DNA of 50,209 nucleotides from Nitrospirota bacterium (lineage in GTDB: Bacteria > Nitrospirota > UBA9217), in the NCBI GenBank assembly GCA_963790205.1, contig CAWBNQ010000012.1, positions 1 through 50,209 of the forward strand. Reading direction: 5' to 3'. The notes beneath the pieces were generated by a model. It was not told where the DNA came from and did no database searches. It was given only the letters and a program-made list of their open reading frames with translations. Below, piece after piece: positions 16,582 to 26,427 of this stretch; the stretch's first letter is position 1; every line of letters starts with the position of its first letter. Position numbers and translations under genes: made by a program.

Positions 16582-17283
16582 TTATCCTGCTATCTTTTCG
16601 ATCTGCGCGGGGTCCATTTTTACGCCCGGCCCCATGGTGGTGGAAACGGTCGCGCTCTTCAGATACTTCCCCTTGCTCGATGCCGGCTTCGCTTTCAAAA
16701 CGGACTCGAGCACTGCCTTGGCATTATCCACGAGCTTGTTCTCGTCAAAGGACGCCTTGCCCACCGGGACATGCACGATGCCCGCCTTCTCCACGCGGTA
16801 TTCGACCTTGCCTGCCCGTATGTCCTTGATGGCCTTGGCAAGGTCAAAGGTAACCGTGCCGGTTTTCGGGTTCGGCATCAATCCGCGGGGACCAAGCACC
16901 TTGCCCAATCTGCCGACGAGACCCATGATATCCGGGGTCGCAACGACCGTATCGAAATCGGTCCAACCTTCTTTCGTGATCTTATCAGCCAGGTCCTCGG
17001 CGCCCACATAATCAGCTCCCGCGTCCCTGGCTTCCTTGTCCTTTTCGCCTTTCGCAAAGACGAGGATCTTTACTTTTTTCCCGGTTCCGTGCGGAAGCAC
17101 TACCGTTCCCCGCACCATCTGGTCTGCCTGCTTGGGATCCACGCCAAGCTTTAAGGCGAGATCAACCGTCTCGTCAAACTTGGTCCTCGCCGTTTTCTTG
17201 GCGAGACCGATGGCCTCATCGACGCCGTACAGCTTCGTCCGATCCACCAGTGCCGCAACTGCTTTATATTTCTTCCCTGCCAT
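16582..17283 (-). CDS. rplA: 50S ribosomal protein L1
   Basis: [35 protein letters not shown]. Confidence 0.99.
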   Translation of the reverse strand: MAGKKYKAVAALVDRTKLYGVDEAIGLAKKTARTKFDETVDLALKLGVDPKQADQMVRGTVVLPHGTGKKVKILVFAKGEKDKEARDAGADYVGAEDLADKITKEGWTDFDTVVATPDIMGLVGRLGKVLGPRGLMPNPKTGTVTFDLAKAIKDIRAGKVEYRVEKAGIVHVPVGKASFDENKLVDNAKAVLESVLKAKPASSKGKYLKSATVSTTMGPGVKMDPAQIEKIAG

Positions 17284-17295
17284 GGTTCCTCCTCA

Positions 17296-17326
17296 GCGGT
17301 GTTAGCGGCCGTTGTCGGCCTCCCGC
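17296..17326 (-). promoter_or_regulatory. L1-binding leader upstream of rplA
   Basis: GCGGGAG-GCCG-acaa-CGGC-CGCTAACACCGC helix/asymmetric loop right next to the rplA RBS, resembling L1 target sites. Confidence 0.65.
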
Positions 17327-17340
17327 ATTTAAAACACCCT

Positions 17341-17386
17341 CGAAATTTTAATTTCAAATACCTAAATTAGGATTTCGGATTTGAAA
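17341..17386. repeat. Short degenerate 7-mer inverted arrays between rplK and rplA
   Basis: aaatttt/aatttca/aatacct ... ggatttc/ggatttg. Confidence 0.4.
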
Positions 17387-17812
17387 CTAGTCTACGACTT
17401 CAAGCCCCATGCTCTTCGCCGAACCTTCGATCATGCGCATGGCGGATTCGACGCTTGCCGCATTGAGATCCGGAAGTTTCGTTTGCGCGATCTCCTTGAT
17501 CTGGGCGCGGGTCACCTTGCCGACCTTGTCCTTGTTCGGCACGCCGGAGCCCTTGACGATTCCCGCGGCTTTCTTGAGCAGCTCTGCCGCCGGCGGCGTC
17601 TTGGTGATAAACGTGAACGACCGGTCAGAGTAGACGGTAATGATGACGGGGATGATCGTCTCACCCAACTTCTGGGTCCTGGCGTTAAATGCTTTGCAGA
17701 ACTCCATGATGTTCACGCCGTGCTGGCCGAGCGCGGGGCCTACCGGCGGCGCCGGGTTGGCCTTTCCTGCAGGGACCTGAAGCTTGATTTTTGCCGTAAT
17801 CTCTTTTGCCAT
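17387..17812 (-). CDS. rplK: 50S ribosomal protein L11
   Basis: [26 protein letters not shown]. Confidence 0.99.
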   Translation of the reverse strand: MAKEITAKIKLQVPAGKANPAPPVGPALGQHGVNIMEFCKAFNARTQKLGETIIPVIITVYSDRSFTFITKTPPAAELLKKAAGIVKGSGVPNKDKVGKVTRAQIKEIAQTKLPDLNAASVESAMRMIEGSAKSMGLEVVD

Positions 17813-17830
17813 TGATAAACTCCTACTTTA

Positions 17831-17865
17831 ATTTTGCATTTTGCATTCTGCAATCTGCATTTTAT
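17831..17865. repeat. Tandem 7-mer array x5
   Basis: ATTTTGC ATTTTGC ATTCTGC AATCTGC ATTTTAT. Confidence 0.75.
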
Positions 17866-18404
17866 TTTTCTTTTTCCCGTTCAACCTGCAGGAACTCCAA
17901 CTCCACCGGCGTTGACCGTCCGAAGATGCTCACCATCACCCGGAGCCTGCCGTGCGCTGGATTTACGTCTTCAACCGTGCCGATAAAACTGCTGAAGGGG
18001 CCGTCAATCACCCTGACCCGATCGCCTTTTTGGTACGCATGCTTGGGCTGAGCCTGGGCAACAGCGCCTTCTTCGGCCTGCTTAAGGATATTTTTTACTT
18101 CCTCGTCGCTCAGCGGCGTCGGGTTCGTACTGCCTCCGACGAACCCGGTTACTTTGGGCGTATCCTTGATCGTATGCCAGGTATTATCGTCCATCTCCAT
18201 CTCGACGAGAATATAGCCGGGGAAAAACTTCCGCTGCGACTTCCGTTTTTTCCCCGCCTTGATGGACAAGACCTCTTCGGTGGGGACAAGGACCTGACCT
18301 ATCTTATCCTTCAGCCCCAGTTTGGAGACCGTCTCAAGAATGCTGAGCTTGACCTTGTTCTCAAATCCCGCGTACGTATGAACCACATACCAGTTCATGG
18401 GCAT
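17862..18404 (-). CDS. nusG: Transcription factor NusG
   Basis: WYVVHTYAGFENKV, FFPGYILVEM, KOW GDRVRVIDGPF. Confidence 0.98.
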   Translation of the reverse strand: MPMNWYVVHTYAGFENKVKLSILETVSKLGLKDKIGQVLVPTEEVLSIKAGKKRKSQRKFFPGYILVEMEMDDNTWHTIKDTPKVTGFVGGSTNPTPLSDEEVKNILKQAEEGAVAQAQPKHAYQKGDRVRVIDGPFSSFIGTVEDVNPAHGRLRVMVSIFGRSTPVELEFLQVEREKEK

Positions 18405-18411
18405 AATTTCT

Positions 18412-18597
18412 CTATTTAAAGGCAAGGGTCATCAACCTTCCCAACCCCAAATCTACCAGGCCCAGAAAAAAGGCGCATATAAGCACGGTGATGATCACCA
18501 CCCAGGTAGAACCTATGACCTCCTTTTTCGTCGGAAACACAACCTTTTTGAGTTCCAGCTTTACTTCCTGAAAAAACTCCACGATCTTTTTGAACAT
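18412..18597 (-). CDS. secE: Preprotein translocase SecE
   Basis: FFQEVKLELKKVVFP plus one TM helix; ATG at 18597. Confidence 0.95.
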   Translation of the reverse strand: MFKKIVEFFQEVKLELKKVVFPTKKEVIGSTWVVIITVLICAFFLGLVDLGLGRLMTLAFK

Positions 18598-18632
18598 TCG
18601 ACAAACCTCTCTCTGCACAATTGAGGGATAAA

Positions 18633-18708
18633 TGGCAGGCCAGGAGGGACTCGAACCCCCAGCAGCCGGATTTGGAGTCCGGAGCTCTACCATTAGAGCT
18701 ACTGGCCT
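18633..18708 (-). tRNA. tRNA-Trp(CCA)
   Basis: 76 nt cloverleaf, anticodon loop CTCCAAA, GTTCGAG T-arm, encoded CCA. Confidence 0.97.
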
Positions 18709-18753
18709 GTGTCCTGTACCCTACCCCGCAGCGTCCCCGTGTGTGTTGTCCGG

Positions 18754-18906
18754 TTACGCTTTGGTCTCTTTGTGCACCGTGTGTTTACGACAGAACCGGC
18801 AATACTTATCAAGGTTCAGCTTATCGGGCGTGTTCCTCTTATTCTTGGTCGTTGAATAGTTTTTTCGCTTGCATTCTCCGCAAGCGAGCAGTACGATTTC
18901 CCGCAT
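18754..18906 (-). CDS. rpmG: 50S ribosomal protein L33 (Zn-ribbon type), absent from ORF track
   Basis: [50 protein letters not shown], 50 aa, two CxxC. Confidence 0.96.
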   Translation of the reverse strand: MREIVLLACGECKRKNYSTTKNKRNTPDKLNLDKYCRFCRKHTVHKETKA

Positions 18907-18931
18907 TGGTTATAGCCTCACTCTTTATTTT

Positions 18932-18978
18932 ATTTCGGAATGCGGATTGCGGAATTAAAAAACCGCAATCTGAAATCC
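18932..18978. repeat. 7-mer inverted arrays (GATTGCG/ATCCGCA family)
   Basis: atttcgg/aatgcgg/attgcgg ... aaccgca/atctgaa/atcc. Confidence 0.7.
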
Positions 18979-18987
18979 TCTAATTAC

Positions 18988-20187
<1,200 letters not shown>

Positions 20188-20246
20188 GCTGTCCGCCTCC
20201 TGTAGGAAGTGAAGGGTTTTTACTGCCTGATTCTGCCTGTTTGTAC

Positions 20247-20322
20247 TGGAGCCCATGAGCGGGATTGAACCGCTGACCTCATCCTTACCAAGGATGTGCT
20301 CTACCAACTGAGCTACATGGGC
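20247..20322 (-). tRNA. tRNA-Thr(GGT)
   Basis: 76 nt cloverleaf, anticodon loop TTGGTAA, CCA end. Confidence 0.97.
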
Positions 20323-20337
20323 GGTCTTAAAAAAATA

Positions 20338-20414
20338 TGGAGCGGGAAACGGGATTCGAACCCGCGACCCCAAGCTTGGAAGGCTTGCGCTCTAGCCAGC
20401 TGAGCTATTCCCGC
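20338..20414 (-). tRNA. tRNA-Gly(TCC)
   Basis: 77 nt cloverleaf, anticodon loop CTTCCAA, CCA end. Confidence 0.97.
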
Positions 20415-20419
20415 ATTTT

Positions 20420-20483
20420 ATTTCGGATTTCGGATGCAGATTTCAGATTTTAAAATCCGCATTCCGCGATCTTCAATCCACAT
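20420..20483. repeat. 7-mer inverted arrays in the tRNA-Tyr/tRNA-Gly spacer
   Basis: atttcgg/atttcgg/atgcag/atttcag ... atccgca/ttccgcg/atcttca/atccaca. Confidence 0.7.
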
Positions 20484-20493
20484 TAACTTAAAG

Positions 20494-20579
20494 TGGTGGG
20501 GAGGGGAGGTTTCGAACCTCCGTAGGCTGACGCCGACAGATTTACAGTCTGTTCCCTTTGGCCACTCGGGCACCTCCCC
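20494..20579 (-). tRNA. tRNA-Tyr(GTA)
   Basis: 86 nt with long variable arm, anticodon loop CTGTAAA, CCA end. Confidence 0.97.
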
Positions 20580-20693
20580 GAAAACAGAGCACCTTTTACA
20601 AACATTACAGTATAGGGTCCAGCATAGCTGTTTATCAGCTTTGCTTTATCGAAAACAACGAACGAATTGGGTACGTTATTTGGGTACGTAAAG

Positions 20694-20769
20694 TGGAGCC
20701 ACCGGAGGGACTCGAACCCACGACAGGCTGATTACAAATCAGCTACTCTACCAACTGAGTTACGGTGGC
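20694..20769 (-). tRNA. tRNA-Thr(TGT)
   Basis: 76 nt cloverleaf, anticodon loop TTTGTAA, CCA end. Confidence 0.97.
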
Positions 20770-20837
20770 GAAACCCTCTGAGGCACACCGCGCCCCCGCA
20801 CCGCGCGGAATAACTTAATTCCGCCCAAAGAATAAAT

Positions 20838-20867
20838 ATTATAATAGATTGCGGTTAATTTTGTCAA
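20838..20867 (-). promoter_or_regulatory. sigma70 promoter of the tRNA-tuf operon
   Basis: TTGACA-18 nt-TATAAT on the minus strand. Confidence 0.7.
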
Positions 20868-20982
20868 GGGAAAAGATTCGAGGAGGGCCACTGTTTAAAA
20901 AGACCGTCTTATATGCAACAGACCGCTGGTTACTGAAAACGCCAATAAGGCCGACATCAGGACCTTTGGCAGAAAAACATAC

Positions 20983-21741
20983 TTAAGACTGATTTTCTTT
21001 CCGCTGCCGGAGCACCTCATAAAGCAGTACACCTGCGGCAACGGATACGTTCAAGGAACTGATCTTCCCCATGAGCGGCAGGGAGAGGGTATAATCGCAG
21101 TGTTCCCTGACCAGTCTGCGAACGCCCTTATCCTCCCCTCCGAGCACGAGCGCAGTGGGACGAACAAAGTCCGCGTCCCAGTACTGCATGTCTCCTCCAG
21201 CCTCGGCGGCAGCCACCCATATCCCTGTTTTTTTCAGTTCCTCGATCGTATTCACGATATTAACAACCTTGACCACCGGCACATACTCCAAAGCGCCGGC
21301 TGCCGCCTTTGCGACGGTATCGGTGAGGCCCACGGCCCTTCGTTCGGGGATGATCACTCCATGAACGCCTGCTGCCTCGGCGGTACGCAGGATGGCCCCT
21401 AAGTTGCGCGGGTCCTCCACCCCGTCCAGGACCAGATAAAGCGGCAACTGCCCCCGCTGAGAGGGCATCTGCAGGATATCGTCGAGCGTGGCATATTCCC
21501 GCGCGGCGGCAAGCGCAATAACGCCCTGATGCACGGCATGGGCCGCCTCGCGGTTCAAAGCGTCCCGGGTCGTCATCCTGATCTCTGTCCCGGCGTTCTT
21601 GGCAAGCCGGATGATCTCGGAAATGCCGCGGTCCGCTTTCCTTTGCTCCGCGATCAATAGCCGCTGGATGGGCCTGCCGGATTTGAGCGCTTCGATCACG
21701 GGATTGATGCCGAATATTCTATCTTTATGCATTCCAGTCAC
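20983..21741 (-). CDS. rlmB: 23S rRNA Gm2251 2'-O-methyltransferase (SPOUT)
   Basis: DPRNLGAILRTA, GGEDKG, SLNVSVAAG; follows cysS. Confidence 0.93.
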   Translation of the reverse strand: MTGMHKDRIFGINPVIEALKSGRPIQRLLIAEQRKADRGISEIIRLAKNAGTEIRMTTRDALNREAAHAVHQGVIALAAAREYATLDDILQMPSQRGQLPLYLVLDGVEDPRNLGAILRTAEAAGVHGVIIPERRAVGLTDTVAKAAAGALEYVPVVKVVNIVNTIEELKKTGIWVAAAEAGGDMQYWDADFVRPTALVLGGEDKGVRRLVREHCDYTLSLPLMGKISSLNVSVAAGVLLYEVLRQRKENQS

Positions 21742-21765
21742 CGGGGAATACAGCGGGAAGATTTA

Positions 21766-21876
21766 ACCACGGATGGACACTGATGGACACTGATAAATAC
21801 GGCGAACAAGCGTGTATGACAGACAAAAAGACCGTTCATTATTTACATCCGTGTTAATCCGTGAAAATCCGTGGCC
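21766..21876. repeat. 10-mer inverted arrays between cysS and rlmB
   Basis: ccacggatgg/acactgatgg/acactgataa ... atccgtgtta/atccgtgaaa/atccgtggcc. Confidence 0.8.
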
Positions 21877-21888
21877 GACAACGTTCAA

Positions 21889-23364
21889 TCACTTCGGCTT
21901 CCAGACCGTGCCGTCAGCCCGGTCATACAGGGTTACGCCGGCATCATCGAGGATCTTCCGGACCCGGTCGGCCTCGGCCCAGTCCTTGCGCGCCCGCGCC
22001 TCATTGCGCAAATGAATAAGCTCCTCGATCCTTTCGACCGGCAGGGTTACCCTATTATCAGCCAGTCTGCCTTCTTTGAACCATTCCTCCGGATCGCGGG
22101 TAAACAGCCCCAGGGTCCGGCCTACATTATCAAAGGATTTTGCAGCAGCAGACAGGATAAGGCAGGCGGCGTCTTCACGCTTCTGATCCACCTCGGCAAG
22201 GAACTTGTTCACGTCGCGCACGACGTCATAAATGAGCCCTATAGCGAAAGCTGTATTGAAATCGTCGTCCATGGCATCTTCGAAGGCTTTTGGCAGATTC
22301 AGTGTCTTCTCATAAAGGGGCCGGTCAACGGATTCGATGACCTCTTCAGGTTTGACCGCAGGCAACTTCTTACCGACAAGGAACTTCAATATCCCTTCCT
22401 TCATGGTATAAAAACGGTCAAGTCCGGCCCGTGAGTCCTTGAGGTTCATATCGGAGAAATCAATGGGGCTGCGGTAATGCGTGGAAAGAAGAAAGAACCG
22501 GACCACTTCCGCGGAATACTGGTCGAGTATTTCACGGATGGTGAAGAAGTTGCCGAGGGACTTGGACATCTTCTCCTGGTTGATGTTCACGAACCCGTTG
22601 TGGATCCAGTAGTTCACGAACTTCTTGCCCGAAAAGGCCTCGCTCTGGGCGATCTCGTTCTCATGGTGCGGGAAAATAAGGTCCTTGCCCCCGGCGTGGA
22701 TATCGAAGGTCTCTCCCAGGTGTTTGAACCCCATGGCAGTGCATTCGATATGCCAGCCGGGCCTGCCCGGCCCCCAGGGGCTGTCCCATGCCGGCTCTCC
22801 CGGTTTGGACGCTTTCCACAGGGCGAAGTCGAGGGGGTCGGCCTTGCGCTCGTCCACTTCGACGCGCGCGCCCGCCTTGAGGTCCTCGAGGTTCCGCTTC
22901 CCGAGCTTGCCGTAGTCCTTGAAACTGGCCACGCGAAAGTACACATCGCCCTCTATGATGTAGGCGTGTCCCTTTTCGACAAGGCCTTTAATGACCTCGA
23001 TCATCTCCCTGATGTGCTCCGTGGCCTTTGGCTCCACATCCGCCCTGCCCACGCCCAGCCGCTTCATGTCCTCCTGGTAGGCTTCGATATACTTATGCGC
23101 AAGCTCCGCGGCGGTCATTCCTTCTTCTCTGGCGCGGTTGATGATCTTGTCGTCCACGTCCGTAAAGTTGCGGACGTACTTCACGTCGAATCCCCTGCGC
23201 CTGAAGTACCGCTGGATCAGGTCGAAGACCACGGCGCCTCGCGCATGCCCCAGGTGGGAATAATCGTATACGGTCACCCCGCAGGCATACATGGATACCT
23301 TGCCGGCATGGATGGGCACAAACTCTTCTTTTTTCCCGGTGAGCGTGTTGTAGAGTTTAATCAT
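21889..23364 (-). CDS. cysS: Cysteine--tRNA ligase
   Basis: CGVTVYD, HLGH, GRPGWHIEC, KMSKS; start set at ATG 23364 (MIKLYNTLT). Confidence 0.98.
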   Translation of the reverse strand: MIKLYNTLTGKKEEFVPIHAGKVSMYACGVTVYDYSHLGHARGAVVFDLIQRYFRRRGFDVKYVRNFTDVDDKIINRAREEGMTAAELAHKYIEAYQEDMKRLGVGRADVEPKATEHIREMIEVIKGLVEKGHAYIIEGDVYFRVASFKDYGKLGKRNLEDLKAGARVEVDERKADPLDFALWKASKPGEPAWDSPWGPGRPGWHIECTAMGFKHLGETFDIHAGGKDLIFPHHENEIAQSEAFSGKKFVNYWIHNGFVNINQEKMSKSLGNFFTIREILDQYSAEVVRFFLLSTHYRSPIDFSDMNLKDSRAGLDRFYTMKEGILKFLVGKKLPAVKPEEVIESVDRPLYEKTLNLPKAFEDAMDDDFNTAFAIGLIYDVVRDVNKFLAEVDQKREDAACLILSAAAKSFDNVGRTLGLFTRDPEEWFKEGRLADNRVTLPVERIEELIHLRNEARARKDWAEADRVRKILDDAGVTLYDRADGTVWKPK

Positions 23365-23459
23365 AGACGAAGCAGCCTCATGTAAAGTATACAATATTTT
23401 GATACACTGTAATTAACAGTGGATAATATAAAGAAGTGATAAATAAAGCGAGAGCTAGA

Positions 23460-23488
23460 ATATTATAGATTGCCGTAAAGTTTGTCAA
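23460..23488 (-). promoter_or_regulatory. Probable sigma70 promoter for cysS
   Basis: TTGACA then TATAAT at 15 nt or TAATAT at 17 nt spacing. Confidence 0.5.
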
Positions 23489-23517
23489 GAATTTTCAAAG
23501 CATGCCGGAGGCCAACG

Positions 23518-24024
23518 ATGCCCGCCAAACCGCTGCGATTCGTCGTCCATGAGCACAGAGCAACGCGGCTGCACTACGACTTCCGCCTGGAGATAGGCGG
23601 CGTGCTCAAGTCCTGGGCCGTGCCCAAAGGTCCGTCCCTGAACCCTGCCGACAAACGGCTCGCGATCAGGGTGCCTGACCACGTGCTTGAATATATCGAC
23701 TTCGAAGGCATTATTCCCGAAGGCAGTTACGGCGCGGGACCCGTGGTTGTCTGGGACGCCGGCGAATTCATCCCTCTTGACACCGAAGATCCGTCCGCAA
23801 CGCTTGAAGAAGGCAGGCTCAGTTTCGAGCTCAAGGGGAAAAAACTGAAGGGAAGTTTCGCGCTCGCCCGGATGAAGGGCCTCCCCCGGAGCACGGGCAA
23901 GGAGTGGCTGCTCATGAAAAAGAAAGACGCATACGCCAAGCCGGACTTTACGCTCAAGACCGAGTTGACGCCGGCGCGGCTCAAGAAGTTGAAAGAACGT
24001 GTGCCGCCTTGCGAGACCGAATGA
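23518..24024 (+). CDS. Stand-alone LigD 3'-phosphoesterase domain protein
   Basis: FVVHEHRATRLHYDFRLE, LKSWAVPKGPS, DH..EY..FEG.IP..YGAG.V..WD; ATG 23518 after GGAGG. Confidence 0.9.
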   Translation: MPAKPLRFVVHEHRATRLHYDFRLEIGGVLKSWAVPKGPSLNPADKRLAIRVPDHVLEYIDFEGIIPEGSYGAGPVVVWDAGEFIPLDTEDPSATLEEGRLSFELKGKKLKGSFALARMKGLPRSTGKEWLLMKKKDAYAKPDFTLKTELTPARLKKLKERVPPCETE

Positions 24025-24058
24025 CCTCAAGACCGGAAAATAAGGAATAGAAGCGCGT

Positions 24059-24265
24059 CTATTTTCGCTCCCGTTTCCTGCGCTCAGTGACGGTCTCTCC
24101 GCCGATGCCCCAGTTATCGGTCTCGACTTCTTCAATGACCACGCAGGTGGTTTGAGGGTTCTTCCCCAGAACATCCTGAAGCATCCTGGTCACTCCCTGG
24201 ATAAGCTGCTTCTTCTGCTCGGCAGTCGCGCCTTCTTTCGTGATCTTGATATTCACGTAGGGCAT
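24059..24265 (-). CDS. 4-oxalocrotonate tautomerase family protein
   Basis: M-P start (catalytic Pro1), EQKKQLI, VVIEEV...NWGIGG; strong RBS. Confidence 0.9.
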   Translation of the reverse strand: MPYVNIKITKEGATAEQKKQLIQGVTRMLQDVLGKNPQTTCVVIEEVETDNWGIGGETVTERRKRERK

Positions 24266-24333
24266 GATGTTCACCTCCTGTCACGATTCGTGCATCCTGC
24301 ATCATGCATCGACTTGTATCTCGGCAACTCAGT

Positions 24334-24882
24334 TTAATCGCGCAGCCGCAGCAGCCGCCCGCAGGAAGAGCAGCGGTAGCAGTATGCCCTGCCCAGAAGC
24401 CCCATGAATATATAGTTCGGTTGTCCGCAAGCGCATTGGGAGCGCAGCATCGCGATCCGGTAGTTCATGCGCATCACGAGCGGCTGGATAAAGGCTGCTG
24501 AGAGCGCCAGGATCGCGAACGCGCTGTACCCCCACCAGCCAAACTGCACGCCGACAAAGAGCAGGGCCGCGAACATGAACGGAACGATGATGAGGCCGGC
24601 GATAAAGGCCTTTATTATTTTTCCGTTTTGCTCCGGGATGGCAACGTCCTTGAACAGATCGACAAGCTTTCTCCCCGCCTCCTCGGTCAGCCTGCGGCCG
24701 CATTTCGGGCAGGCGAGCTTTGCATAGATGGTCGGATGCCCGCTGACATTCACGGTCAGATCCGGCGACCAGCCTTCGTAACGGGGTTGCCCGCTCTGCC
24801 CGCACTGAGTGCAGGACAGCTCAACGTTCCATCCGTGCGTGTTCCTGACAACACTGTTGTATTTATTGAGGAGAGAACTCAC
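24334..24882 (-). CDS. Hypothetical membrane protein with Cys pairs (Zn-ribbon-like)
   Basis: CTQC, CPKC, two TM segments, CAC, CYRCSSC. Confidence 0.65.
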   Translation of the reverse strand: MSSLLNKYNSVVRNTHGWNVELSCTQCGQSGQPRYEGWSPDLTVNVSGHPTIYAKLACPKCGRRLTEEAGRKLVDLFKDVAIPEQNGKIIKAFIAGLIIVPFMFAALLFVGVQFGWWGYSAFAILALSAAFIQPLVMRMNYRIAMLRSQCACGQPNYIFMGLLGRAYCYRCSSCGRLLRLRD

Positions 24883-24894
24883 GTTTTACCATCC

Positions 24895-25090
24895 TAATCC
24901 GGACAAGCCGGAACTAAAAGAGAAAACCTAAAAGGCGTCTCTCGCAAAGGCGCAAAGGGCGCAAAGGAAAGCCCAATTCTTGGTTTTAAGAAAAACCCAA
25001 GGCTTTGCCTTCTTGTTTCACAATGCTTCTCTTGGCGTCCTTTGTTTATGGCCGCGCTTACGCAAGTGCAGGCTACGCCTTTGCGAGAAA
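24895..25090. repeat. CGCAAAG-type 8/9-mer inverted arrays, right arm interrupted by a 31-bp hairpin
   Basis: ctcgcaaagg/cgcaaaggg/cgcaaagg ... cttggcgtcctttg[insert]cgcctttgcgaga; preceded by the small hairpin tccgg-acaag-ccgga. Confidence 0.75.
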
Positions 25091-25162
25091 ATTTCCCGCT
25101 TTTTTGTTTTTCATTTGGTTGGGACATTGGCGATCTTTTGTCAATGCTATAGGCGCAAGCGC

Positions 25163-25774
25163 CTAAATCGGCAGCCTGATCTTATATCGCAACGCCAGCA
25201 TCCGCAGAACGAAGGTAACCGCTATGCATGCGATGGCCGCCATGACATCACTGCCGGATGTTCTTTCAACCAGGAGATACGCCCAGGCCCCGATGAACGC
25301 GCAGGTGGCATACAGCTCCGTTCTCTGAAAAACATAAGGGATCTCGTTGCAGACGATGTCTCGCATCACGCCGCCGAACACACCCGTCGTGACGCCGAGG
25401 AGAGACGAAATAAACAGGGAGCAGCCCATCCGGTCGGCAAGCGATGCGCCCGAGGCGCTGAAGGACCCGAGACCCAGCGCATCGAGAGCCAGCACGATGT
25501 TCACCAGACTCTTTTTTTCGAAGATCTCCTGGCGCACCAGGCTTGACGCAATCGACAGGGCCAGAAGCAGGACGGCATATTCATAGTGCTCTATCCAGAA
25601 CAGGGGGTGGCGGTTCAGGATGATATCGCGCAGCGAACCTCCGCCGAGGGCTGTGACCATGCCCAGGGAATAGACGCCGATGAGGTCCATCCCTTTCTTC
25701 CGGGCGGCGTAAAACCCCGTCAGCGCGAAAGCGATGATGCCCAGGACTTCGATGGTTTTAATAAGGGTGTTCAT
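25163..25774 (-). CDS. Trimeric intracellular cation channel family (UPF0126) membrane protein
   Basis: Duplicated motif TALGGGSLRDI / TGVFGGVMRDI; FALTG, DALGLG. Confidence 0.9.
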   Translation of the reverse strand: MNTLIKTIEVLGIIAFALTGFYAARKKGMDLIGVYSLGMVTALGGGSLRDIILNRHPLFWIEHYEYAVLLLALSIASSLVRQEIFEKKSLVNIVLALDALGLGSFSASGASLADRMGCSLFISSLLGVTTGVFGGVMRDIVCNEIPYVFQRTELYATCAFIGAWAYLLVERTSGSDVMAAIACIAVTFVLRMLALRYKIRLPI

Positions 25775-26244
25775 CAGATGATGTCGCTTCGCTCGTTAAA
25801 TTCCTCGGGGTTTATTTTAAGGTCCAGTATCTGCCACTGGCCGTCATGTTTAATAAGAGATATCTGCATGCCCGCCGATCCTGTTTCGAAATCCGCGCTC
25901 GCGGTGTAATCAGCGGTAATCTCATAGCCGTACTGGAGGGAAAGCGTTATGTGCGCATCGCCGGTCGAACCTTTATACACTACCAGCTTTCCCAGCTGCC
26001 GAAGCGCACGTAAATCCTGTTCCATCTCATCGTAATCCGCTTCATCATTAAACTCCGGACTCGCGCGCTTCTCAATCTCACCGACGTCCCACGTCGAAAC
26101 AATTGCAGGAAGAGCATCATCAACAAACGCCTTGCTCTCCTTGTCCAGCCGGTTTCCTATAACGGTTAACGATCCGAAACCGGCTATAAGGACAACCATA
26201 AGCGCCAAGAAGATATAACCCAGGATCATGATCGCTTTTTTCAC
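25774..26244 (-). CDS. Hypothetical protein with an N-terminal membrane anchor
   Basis: GTG start after AGGAG; hydrophobic N-terminus; stop overlaps the next start. Confidence 0.7.
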   Translation of the reverse strand: MKKAIMILGYIFLALMVVLIAGFGSLTVIGNRLDKESKAFVDDALPAIVSTWDVGEIEKRASPEFNDEADYDEMEQDLRALRQLGKLVVYKGSTGDAHITLSLQYGYEITADYTASADFETGSAGMQISLIKHDGQWQILDLKINPEEFNERSDII

Positions 26245-26427
26245 TGGTGTTCAGTCTCCTGAAGAATCGACAAGCGCATTTCCGGTCCTTACCCGCCATC
26301 TTATCATTATCCCGTGAACTATGCCTTGCTTCGCCGATCCAGCCAATAGCTCGCGCCGGTCAGCACGACCCGCCGGAAATCAAGTAGCCGATCAGACAGT
26401 ACAGTGCTCCTGTGAACTATGCTTATC

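Noticed and set aside
20188..20373. N-terminal extension of the second EF-Tu (461-aa ORF) and of SecE
   Set aside because: The extensions run through tRNA genes; real starts are 20187 and 18597
21766..21876. Short repeats as a possible CRISPR array (also 24941, 47888)
   Set aside because: Units are 6-10 bp, tandem and inverted, with no unique ~30-bp spacers and no cas genes
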